Made by a program: the position numbers and the translations under genes
The notes under the pieces: generated by a model
What the model was told of the DNA's origin: nothing
The model's database searches: none
Seen by the model: the letters and a program-made list of their open reading frames with translations, nothing else
Part shown: positions 18,500 through 26,741 of the stretch, one piece after another
How positions within the stretch are numbered: the stretch's first letter is position 1
How the letters are laid out: every line of letters starts with the position of its first letter
From: Spirochaetota bacterium
Lineage (GTDB): Bacteria; Spirochaetota; UBA4802; UBA5550
DNA: 64,000 nt
Direction: 5' to 3'
Assembly (NCBI GenBank): GCA_963663865.1
Contig: OY760686.1
Span: 960,001-1,024,000, forward strand

Positions 18500-19113
18500 T
18501 TTTTACACTGAGGGTGTGAGACCTTTTTTCGTTATTTTTTTTTCGATCCAAAAAGGGGTGTTGCCGAAGGCTTTTGCAAAGCTGTACTTTGCTATACTCA
18601 TTTTCACAGGGAGCCTGTGTGCATTTTCTGTTACTTTCTTTTTTCGATCCAAAAAAGAAAGTAACCAAAGAAAAAGGGATCTCCTGCGCGGAGGGCGATG
18701 GGACATCCATGTCCAAAGAATTAGTCACTGTGAATTAATCCATAGAGTGATAGCTTTATTATGTCAGGCGCCTTCGGAGCCGGAAGGCGCAGCATCCTGC
18801 TGCGCTTGAGTTATTATACATTTTGTCATATTACATAATCATATTGATTTAATCGTCATTAGGTTTCGCCACCCTGTAGAGCCGGCCAATTTGGACGGCT
18901 CTACCTCGCTACGCCCCCCCACCGCGGATGACAAGATGAGGAGAGCCGAAGGTCGGAACATTGGCGGCAGATTTCTTTTGACCACTTTTCTTGCTAAAAG
19001 AAAAGGAGTGAGGAAACTCTGACGAAAAGGCCTAAGCCCCCTCCTGGGCGGCTTAGGCACTAGTTCATCCTGAACGTCGGCGCCAGGGCGATTTGCTTCC
19101 ATGCAAATCGCAC
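18500..19113. repeat. Mosaic of diverged copies of the structured repeat and other palindromes
   Basis: TACACTGAGGGTGTG, CACAGGGAGCCTGTG, TTACTTTCTTTTT..AAAAAAGAAAGTAA, GTAGAGCCG..CGGCTCTAC (18876-18904) and GGCGCCAGGGCGATTTGCTTCCATGCAAATCGCAC. Several of these match motifs at 15.4 kb and 22.4-23.0 kb. Confidence 0.75.
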
Positions 19114-19208
19114 CTTTTCATCTTCTGTTTCGGAATCGGGTATTTTAGTAAAACGTACGGCATCGGGGAAAATTAAAAAAAATTGAATCAGATTAAAAAA
19201 AGTAAAAG

Positions 19209-19268
19209 AACGAAGGATAACGAATACATAACGAACATATAACGAAAATATAACGAACAAAAAACGAA
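19209..19268 (+). repeat. Helically phased array of six AACGAA cores
   Basis: AACGAA starts at 19209, 19219, 19230, 19241, 19252 and 19263. Confidence 0.85.
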
Positions 19269-19416
19269 GGGAAATAGGGCTGTTGAGGGGCTGAAACGCC
19301 CGGAAATGAGCTCTTCGAGCGAAAATCTGGCGGGGAAAGTACAACGTCAGCAATGAAGGGATAGGTTTTTGGGAAGGAGTGGGGTATGTTGCAGGGCGGA
19401 GTTTCTTTTTTTACAG

Positions 19417-19565
19417 GTGGCTTTATGTATCGAAGTTCAATATCTTTATACAAAGCCCATTTTAAAATTTTATCACTGATGTATTCAGGGGCATTATCGG
19501 AACGTATACTTCCAGGTTTTCCACGCAAGACTATGACATGCTCAAGAGATGTTAGTACCCGATGA
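19417..19565 (-). pseudogene. Internal remnant of a second IS3-family transposase
   Basis: Translates RVLTSLEHVIVLRGKPGSIRSDNAPEYISDKILKWALYKDIELRYIKP, resembling the integrase core of the IS407 group. Confidence 0.75.
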
Positions 19566-19772
19566 TAAAGTCATGGTGAGGAAACTGTGAAAACCTCAAT
19601 GAATTATTTAGCTTATCCGGCAGATATTCTAAAGCAATTTATACAACCAGCAATTAAACGAAATTTTTATGCAGTTTATTTTACTTTTTTCAGAATATTA
19701 ATGAATATAGTTTGATTTTTATATGTGTTACCTTCAACGATATTGGATGAAGTTTTTGTGCAGAGAAGGATA

Positions 19773-19779
19773 GTTAGGC
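19773..19779 (+). other. Integron recombination core site (GTTRRRY) starting cassette 1
   Basis: GTTAGGC; 19773-19793 is the reverse complement of 21327-21347 at 20 of 21 nt. Confidence 0.8.
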
Positions 19780-19820
19780 GCAATATTTCACATGCGACAT
19801 TATTGAAATAGAATAAAACG

Positions 19821-21323
19821 ATGAATACATTAGCATTTTTAAGAAATACATCTGGGAAAATAGATCCATTTCGATTTCCAGCAAAAATTGGGGAACTAGC
19901 CCAATTGCTTCTGCTTTATGATAATATTACTATTGTTACTGACAATTTAAACGAATTAACATGCATAATAGAATGGCTTGGAGAGGATGCATTCAATCGC
20001 TTATTACTAAACAAGACAATTAAAATAATATTGATCCCATGGGAATATGCTACTTTTAACCCAAACCAAGATAATAATTCTATTAACATAGGATTATACA
20101 AGCTATTATCAGAAAATATTGATTTAAATTTAGAAAATCTTAATGATAGAAATGAATATTTACATAAAATAATAATAAGAAATATTTTTCAATCTCCATC
20201 ATCCAGTATCTCACCAGATACAATTACAAATATTGCAAATAAATTAGATATTGTTCAATCATCTGATTTTTGTAAATTATTAAATAATAATTCTCATCAA
20301 ATGTTTACTTGGCTCTTCAGCATGAAAGAAACAAGCGACATTCAAGAATATTTTGATCATAATTTTCTATTAACTAAAGCAACTAATTATAGTTCATTTA
20401 ATTCATTGGAAATTAATGAAGAAATTATTACAGAAATTGAATATGACTATATAAAAAAATATTTATCTGGAGATTTAAATAATTTATTATATACTGTAAG
20501 GGAAATATCTATTGCATCATATCTTGATATTGGACATATCAATATATCTGATTTTACACCTTTATTAATGCAAAACATGGTTCATGACAATAAATCAGAT
20601 GTTATATCTCCATTTTTCAATAATATTTTAAATGTTCATGAATTCCCTTTGATTCATGCAGGTATATATAATAAAAGCATTAGTGCTGAAAATGTTTTAG
20701 CAATTAGAAATTCAAAATCTGGTGTCAATTTTAGAAAATGGCTAAGTGAATGTTCATCAACAAATAAAAATCCTGATCAATTAATATCAGAATATGTAAA
20801 ATCAATAACAGACCAAATACCGAAGGAATCTACTAAATTTTCAGTATTTAAACTACTGTCATTAGCATTATTAGGTATTGTCGATTCGGGTTCTGGTTTA
20901 GTACTTTCAATTGCTGATGTATTTCACACAAAAATTAAAAATACTTGGTCCCCAATATTATTTATAAGGGATGATTATGGTAAATTTCTTAATCAAACTT
21001 CATATGACTATCCATCTATACCGATAGATATTTTATTCTTATTGAATTGTGGATTAAGAATATGCAGTTTTGAATATCATGAAGATAATACTAAAATTGA
21101 ATTGTTCAGAGATACTAAAGATAATTTATTCAATATTACTTATGGTAAAAGTAAAGAGGAAATATCGATCTTAAAATCAACTATTCATGAAATTATTGAA
21201 TTGTCTCCTGGAGTAGAATTTTATTTTTATTGTCCATCATGTAACAGTAAAAATCAAATTAAATCCTTAGGAAAACAAACACAAAATATTCGGTGTGGTT
21301 ATTGTAAAAATAAAATTGTGTAA
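19821..21323 (+). CDS. Integron cassette 1: 500-aa hypothetical protein with C-terminal Zn-ribbon
   Basis: Very AT-rich; bounded by GTTAGGC and attC; ends CPSC-x17-CGYC. Confidence 0.85.
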   Translation: MNTLAFLRNTSGKIDPFRFPAKIGELAQLLLLYDNITIVTDNLNELTCIIEWLGEDAFNRLLLNKTIKIILIPWEYATFNPNQDNNSINIGLYKLLSENIDLNLENLNDRNEYLHKIIIRNIFQSPSSSISPDTITNIANKLDIVQSSDFCKLLNNNSHQMFTWLFSMKETSDIQEYFDHNFLLTKATNYSSFNSLEINEEIITEIEYDYIKKYLSGDLNNLLYTVREISIASYLDIGHINISDFTPLLMQNMVHDNKSDVISPFFNNILNVHEFPLIHAGIYNKSISAENVLAIRNSKSGVNFRKWLSECSSTNKNPDQLISEYVKSITDQIPKESTKFSVFKLLSLALLGIVDSGSGLVLSIADVFHTKIKNTWSPILFIRDDYGKFLNQTSYDYPSIPIDILFLLNCGLRICSFEYHEDNTKIELFRDTKDNLFNITYGKSKEEISILKSTIHEIIELSPGVEFYFYCPSCNSKNQIKSLGKQTQNIRCGYCKNKIV

Positions 21324-21340
21324 AAAATGTGAAATACTGC

Positions 21341-21443
21341 GCCTAACAAAGCATATAAGCTGCGTCGCTTCGCTCCTTGGCCTGCGGCACATTTTGCCTT
21401 CATTTCATTACGGCAAAACGTCTTATATGCTTGGACGTTAAGT
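21341..21443 (+). mobile_element. Integron attC site 1
   Basis: R'' GCCTAAC, L'' AAGCATATAAG, L' CTTATATGCTT, R' GTTAAGT; 103 bp, just after the stop codon. Confidence 0.9.
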
Positions 21444-21485
21444 GGCATTGCGAGTTAGTTATCTATTTATTAGGAGTTTGTTATA

Positions 21486-22163
21486 ATGAATACAACTCAA
21501 ATAATTATTGAATTCATTAAAACTATATTTTCTGCGGCAACACTAATTATTGCCATATATGGAATAAATACATGGCGCAAACAGTTGAAAGGCACAAATG
21601 AATTTGAACTCTCAAAGGAAATATTGGAAAATGTTTATAAAGTAAAAAGAGCTTTTGCTTATGTAAGAAACCCTGGAATTTATAAATCTGAATATCCAAA
21701 GGAACTCCAAGATAAATTAACTTTAAATATTGAACAAAAAGCTTATGCAACACAGTACTATTATAGTAAACGATTAGAAATACTTCATAATGAGTTTGAA
21801 AAACTTGAAAATTCATTTTTAAAAGGAATTGTATTGTTTAATATAACTGATGAGATTATTATGCCTTTACGGAAATGCAGAGCATCATTAATAGTTGCAT
21901 TGCAAGATCTTTACGAGTTTACTAAGAATCCTGAATATACAACTTCCGAAAGAAAACATGATGTTTATAAAATCATATATGATAATTTAAGCTTAAATGA
22001 AGATGATAAAGATCAGTTCTCAAAATATATAATAGAAGCAGTTGATTTGATGATTCATTGGTTAAAGCCGATGTTGTTAAAGTCAAAAATCAATAATAAA
22101 GAATTTCAAAATATTCTTAGGAGAACAAGAAGCTTTGAAATTATAATTCACAACGACGTATAA
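21486..22163 (+). CDS. Integron cassette 2: single N-terminal TM hypothetical protein
   Basis: TAGGAG RBS; TM segment followed by WRKQLKG; the stop codon TAA lies within R'' of attC2. Confidence 0.85.
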   Translation: MNTTQIIIEFIKTIFSAATLIIAIYGINTWRKQLKGTNEFELSKEILENVYKVKRAFAYVRNPGIYKSEYPKELQDKLTLNIEQKAYATQYYYSKRLEILHNEFEKLENSFLKGIVLFNITDEIIMPLRKCRASLIVALQDLYEFTKNPEYTTSERKHDVYKIIYDNLSLNEDDKDQFSKYIIEAVDLMIHWLKPMLLKSKINNKEFQNILRRTRSFEIIIHNDV

Positions 22164-22233
22164 CTGCGGCTAAAAGCTACACTCCGGTTCCGGTTTGCTT
22201 CGAAAAAACGTCATTTAGCCGCGTTCGTTGTAC
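22158..22233 (+). mobile_element. Integron attC site 2
   Basis: R'' GTATAAC, L'' GCGGCTAAA, L' TTTAGCCGC, R' GTTGTAC; 76 bp. Confidence 0.85.
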
Positions 22234-22402
22234 GAAAGGCAGAGCGCCAGGACAGTGAAGAGAAAATGAGTTGAGGATAAATATATTTCTTAACACCGCC
22301 TCACAAGAGCGAGCCAAGTCCACTTCGACAGGCTCAGTACCCTCTGTATTTCATAGCTTTCTCCTGAATATTTTAGGCGACAGCTATGTTGACACAGAGG
22401 TG

Positions 22403-22985
22403 TTGCCGTAGGCTTTAACTCGCTCAGCTGTGCAACACGCTTTTTGGCAGGGAGCCTGCCGACCATTTTCACACTGGGAGTGTGGCACTTCTTTTGCCGC
22501 TTTTTGACCGGGCAAAAAGAGGCGGGAAAAAGCCGTTCCTCAGTCGCCGGAAAGGCGGAGTTTCCGCGGGTTTTTGTTCAGCTGCGCTGCGCGACTCGCA
22601 TTTTTGGCAGGGAGCCTGCCTGTCATTTTCACGCTGAGAGCGTGAGACCCTTTTTCTTCGTCACTTTCGTCCGGGTTTTTTGCCGTAGGCTTTAACTCGC
22701 TCAGCTGAGCGACACGCATTTAGGCAGGGAGCCTGCCGTCCTTTTTCACACTGGGAGTGTGGCACTTCTTTTGCCGCTTTTTGACCGGCCAAAAAGCGGC
22801 GGGAAAAAGCCGTTCCTCAGTCGCCGGAATGGCTTGGCCTTTACTGTTACCAAACTATTTCAACGCCGTTATCATCATCCTGATGAAACGGCGCCCTGGA
22901 GATTTTCATCCATGAAAATCTCACTGATTGAGTTGTTGAAACAGTGTGCCTGCAGTCTCTTAATTCCGGCATTATGTTCCTGGCG
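22403..22985. repeat. Tandem cluster of the structured repeat (three GGCAGGGAGCCTGCC units; full right copy 22707-22985)
   Basis: TTGCCGTAGGCTTTAACTCGCTCAGCTG at 22403 and 22680; the hairpin modules recur. Confidence 0.9.
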
Positions 22986-23022
22986 GCTATTTCGACCTCC
23001 TGTCGGCCGTCGGCCCTCTGTG

Positions 23023-26000
23023 TCAACATTCTCTCTCCCTCTTTTCCCAGAACTCATAGAGAATCGGCATGATAAAAAGGGTGAGCAATGTTGAAGTAGT
23101 TATTCCGCCGACAACAACCACGGCAAGCGGCTTCTGTACCTCTGAACCTATACCTGTGGCAAGCATCATCGGCAGAAAGCCGAAGATGTCAGTCAGCGCG
23201 GTCATCAGAACAGCACGGATCCTCATACTTGCCCCTTCTCTGATCAGTGCAGGTCCATGAAGACCGTCACGCCGCAGAGAGTTATAGCAGCTGATAAGCA
23301 CAATGCCGTTCAGGACGGCAATGCCCGATACAGCGATAAAGCCTATTCCGGCTGAGATGCTGAAAGGAAGCCCCATTATCGCCAGATTTATTACTCCGCC
23401 GGCTATGGCGAAGGGTACTCCCAGGAATATTATGAGTGACTGCTGTGTGTTTTTGAAAACGGAATAGATAAGCATGAAAATCAGAATCATCGCTACCGGC
23501 GCTGCAACAGCGAGACGCTTTCCGGCTTTGCTGTAGTTCTGAAAGAAACCCTTCCAGCGTGTAAAATAACCATCGGGCAGATGAAGTTTTTCGTTGAGAA
23601 GCTTCTTTGCTTCTTCGACGAAGCTCTGAGTGTCCCTTTCACCGCTCATGTTGATGAGAACCCCGGCGCGCCGTCTGGACTGTTCCCTGTTAACCTGGAT
23701 ATAAATATCATCAATAGTGAGCTTTGCGACATCAGAAAGAGGGACGGTAAAGTTTTCAGAAACTCCAACTGGTATCGTACCAATGGCGGCAATGTTGTTA
23801 CGGTAGCGGTCAGGAAGTCGTATTTCTATCGGAAATTTCCTGTCCTGATGATAGATGTGCCCTGCCTCGGCCCCGCCGAGGGCTATTCGTACAGTCTCAA
23901 GAACATTTCTTTTTTCAATACCCAGCCTGTTTATCACATCCATGCGGGGCGTAATTTTAAGGAGGGGCGTTTTACCGTTAATTGAGGTCTGCACTGAAGC
24001 CGCACCTGGTAGCGACCTGAGAAGTTCAGCCGCATCCTCTGCAATGTGTTCAAGCTCTTCAAGATCGGAGCCGTAAACGAGCAGTGTGATGTCTGAGTCA
24101 AATCCTTCGATAAGATGATTGAAGCGCATTTGAACCGGCTGGGACATCATGGCCTCCTGGCCTGGCACTGCCTTTCGCAGCTTTTCACTGATTGCATTTT
24201 TTAATTCTTCGAATGTCCTGCGTTTCCCGTTTATAAGAGGCCATTTCTCGACAGGTTTTAGGGTGATAATGCAATCTACATGATCAACTCCAACCGGATC
24301 TGTTGATATCTCAGAGGCGCCAAGTCTCGAAAAAACATCACGGACTTCATCGAATTCCATTATGGCCCTGTCGGAAATTTTCTGCATTTCAACCGACATG
24401 TCAGGTGAAATATTAACCGGACGGATCATTTTGGCCGCAAGGGTGCCTTCCGATAGATTGGGGATAAACTCAGCCCCCATCCTCGAAAAGATTAACGCGG
24501 ATGCTGCAATCGTAAGTATTGCCGTAAGAACAACCTTGAACCGATGCTTGAGGCAAAATTCCAGCGCGGGCATGTACAGCCTCCGGAAAGTCCGCATCAG
24601 AAACGGCTCGCGCAGGTCCGGTTTACCGGAGAGAAATCTTCCGGCGAGGGCCGGTACAACGGTGAAGCTTAATACGAAGGATGAGGCCAGCGCGAAGCAG
24701 AAGCCTGTAGCCATGGGAGAGAACATCTTGCCTTCAATGCCGGTCAGCATGAAGAGCGGGATGAATACGATAATGATAATCAGCTGGCCCAATCCTGCCG
24801 CGCCCCTGATGTTGACTGCTGATTCCCCGACGGTCTCTCTGATCTCAGCTCTTGAAAGAGAGCGTCCCTTCGCGCGTGCCCGCTCCGAGATGCTTCTCGC
24901 GCAGCTGTCCATTACGATGACTGCCCCGTCTATAACAATGCCGAAGTCGATGGCGCCGAGGCTCATAAGGCTGCCGGGAATATTGAACAACTTCATCAGA
25001 ATGAAAGTACCCAGCAGGGAGAGAGGCACAACAAAGGCAGTGATGAGGGCAGCCCTGAAGTTGCCGACAAGCAGAAACAGAAATACTATGACAAGTCCGG
25101 CGCCCATGAGGATGTTCTTTTTTACGGTTTCAAGGGTGCTGTTGACCAGATCAGATCTGCTGTACAGCACATCTATCTCTGTGCCGGCGGGCAGGTTTTT
25201 CTTTATCTCATTAATCTCTTTCGTCACGTTATCGGAAACAGTCCTGCTGTTTTCTCCCTGGAGCATCATGACCGTACCGATTATTGATTCCTCGGCATTG
25301 TGCACAGCTGCTCCGGTCCGCAGCTCTTTTCCGTAATCAACCGTTGCTATGTCTCCAACGGTAATAGTTCTGAAGTTCTGAAGCATCTTAACGGGGATTT
25401 GCCTGATGTCTTCCGGGGATGTATATATCCCCCTTCCCTGAACGAGCAGCTGCTCTGCTGACTGTTGGATGTATCCGCCGGCGGAGTTGTATGAGTTGTC
25501 TTCAACTGCCCGCAAAATGTCGTCAAAGTGAATGCCGTAATGAGATGTCAGTGACGGGTCTGGAGTGACGTGGTACTGACGGGGATATCCCCCGATGGTA
25601 TTTACTTCATTTACTCCCTTGACGCTCATCAACCTGGGGATAATCTCCCATCGGTGAAGTGTGTCAAGTTCCTGAAGCAGGTCCAGTTTTTTCCGTTCGC
25701 TGTCAGGAGACTCCCTTACTCTGAGAGTGTAGTAGACTATCTCGCCGAGGCCGGTCGATATGGGCCCCAGTTCAGGAGACACAGTTTCAGGAAGATCAAC
25801 AGATTGAAGCTGTTCTGAAACCAGCTGGTGCGCCATGTAAATATCGGTCCCATCCTCAAATACAACAGTTACCTGGGAAATGCCGTATCTTGTTACTGAA
25901 CGGACTTCCTCCATTCCTGGAATGGAGTTCATGGCGCTTTCAATAGGGTAGGTGATGTTTGACTCAATTACATCGGGTGTCTGTCCCGCAGCTGCGGTAT

Positions 26001-26151
26001 TTACTGTGACCTGAACATTCGTAATGTCGGGGATGGCATCTATCGGCAATGTTGAGAAAGCCGTTATTCCTGCAGCGGCCAGGAGTATGGTGAACAGAGC
26101 CGGATAAAGAACATTGTCGGTCGATTTTTTTATTATAGTATCAAGAAACAT
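23023..26151 (-). CDS. czcA: Heavy-metal efflux RND permease (CzcA/CusA family)
   Basis: LPIDAIPDITNVQVTV, LGAIDFGIVIDGAVIV, GIAVLNG and RAVLMTALTDIFGFLPM..ATGIGSEVQKPLAVVVVGG motifs. Confidence 0.93.
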   Translation of the reverse strand: MFLDTIIKKSTDNVLYPALFTILLAAAGITAFSTLPIDAIPDITNVQVTVNTAAAGQTPDVIESNITYPIESAMNSIPGMEEVRSVTRYGISQVTVVFEDGTDIYMAHQLVSEQLQSVDLPETVSPELGPISTGLGEIVYYTLRVRESPDSERKKLDLLQELDTLHRWEIIPRLMSVKGVNEVNTIGGYPRQYHVTPDPSLTSHYGIHFDDILRAVEDNSYNSAGGYIQQSAEQLLVQGRGIYTSPEDIRQIPVKMLQNFRTITVGDIATVDYGKELRTGAAVHNAEESIIGTVMMLQGENSRTVSDNVTKEINEIKKNLPAGTEIDVLYSRSDLVNSTLETVKKNILMGAGLVIVFLFLLVGNFRAALITAFVVPLSLLGTFILMKLFNIPGSLMSLGAIDFGIVIDGAVIVMDSCARSISERARAKGRSLSRAEIRETVGESAVNIRGAAGLGQLIIIIVFIPLFMLTGIEGKMFSPMATGFCFALASSFVLSFTVVPALAGRFLSGKPDLREPFLMRTFRRLYMPALEFCLKHRFKVVLTAILTIAASALIFSRMGAEFIPNLSEGTLAAKMIRPVNISPDMSVEMQKISDRAIMEFDEVRDVFSRLGASEISTDPVGVDHVDCIITLKPVEKWPLINGKRRTFEELKNAISEKLRKAVPGQEAMMSQPVQMRFNHLIEGFDSDITLLVYGSDLEELEHIAEDAAELLRSLPGAASVQTSINGKTPLLKITPRMDVINRLGIEKRNVLETVRIALGGAEAGHIYHQDRKFPIEIRLPDRYRNNIAAIGTIPVGVSENFTVPLSDVAKLTIDDIYIQVNREQSRRRAGVLINMSGERDTQSFVEEAKKLLNEKLHLPDGYFTRWKGFFQNYSKAGKRLAVAAPVAMILIFMLIYSVFKNTQQSLIIFLGVPFAIAGGVINLAIMGLPFSISAGIGFIAVSGIAVLNGIVLISCYNSLRRDGLHGPALIREGASMRIRAVLMTALTDIFGFLPMMLATGIGSEVQKPLAVVVVGGITTSTLLTLFIMPILYEFWEKREREC

Positions 26152-26171
26152 GGATTATCCTCATGATGTTG

Positions 26172-26741
26172 TCAGTGTGTGTGCTTTAACGAGGAAGCAT
26201 CGAACGCTGCGACGTGGACCAGCCTCAGTAGAGGACCCCCCTCTGTGACGACGAGGCCTCTGTGCAGCTCGGGGCTTATGCTTGCTGTTATCCGGCCGGC
26301 CCTGTCACAGAGAGGGTGCACGTGTTCAAGCCTGTACCAGCCGTCGATTTGTATGAACACGGCGTGTCTGTTGCGGTACTGTACCACTGAAGATTCCGGC
26401 AATCGGAACCGGTTGCTTTTCAGGCGGCAGCTGGAAAGAGGCACCGAGGACAGGCCGATTGAAGCAGACGCTTCATCGGAAAGCTGAAAGCCCCTCTCCG
26501 GTTCAGCGGCTGTTATGGCCATGCCATCTGCTGTGTGAGAATGGTGCTCATCCTCCGAATGCGGGGAGGCTTCATCGTGCTCTGCATGTATTTCCGCCGG
26601 AGCGGAGACGACATGCTCTTCGGCATGTCCGTGATCATGATCGTGATCATCATGGCTGTGCGGGCCGCATGCAGCAAGAAACAATAGAGCGGCCGTCAGC
26701 GAAATAGCTGAAAGCATTGTTTTTCTATTTTGAGTATTCAT
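26172..26741 (-). CDS. His-rich lipoprotein at the adaptor (CzcB) position; much shorter than a canonical MFP
   Basis: Lipobox LAAC; HSHDDHDHDHGH; LPESSVV and VVTEGGPLL resemble the MFP C-terminal domain; only 189 aa. Confidence 0.7.
   Translation of the reverse strand: MNTQNRKTMLSAISLTAALLFLAACGPHSHDDHDHDHGHAEEHVVSAPAEIHAEHDEASPHSEDEHHSHTADGMAITAAEPERGFQLSDEASASIGLSSVPLSSCRLKSNRFRLPESSVVQYRNRHAVFIQIDGWYRLEHVHPLCDRAGRITASISPELHRGLVVTEGGPLLRLVHVAAFDASSLKHTH

Noticed and set aside
19209-19268. AACGAA array as a mini-CRISPR
   Set aside because: An 11-bp period is far too short for repeat-spacer units.
19566-19772. Possible intI or an upstream attC before cassette 1
   Set aside because: There is no tyrosine-recombinase ORF and no paired L boxes; only the GTT core is supported.
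22234-22345. Possible third cassette and a CTTCGACAGGCTCAG REP-like half site
   Set aside because: There is no ORF and no complete attC or partner arm; too fragmentary to call.
22403-22985. Repeat cluster as a CRISPR array
   Set aside because: The units are long, unevenly spaced and degenerate, with no unique equal-length spacers and no cas genes.
24362-25336. 324-aa + strand ORF
   Set aside because: It is antisense to czcA, a typical shadow ORF.
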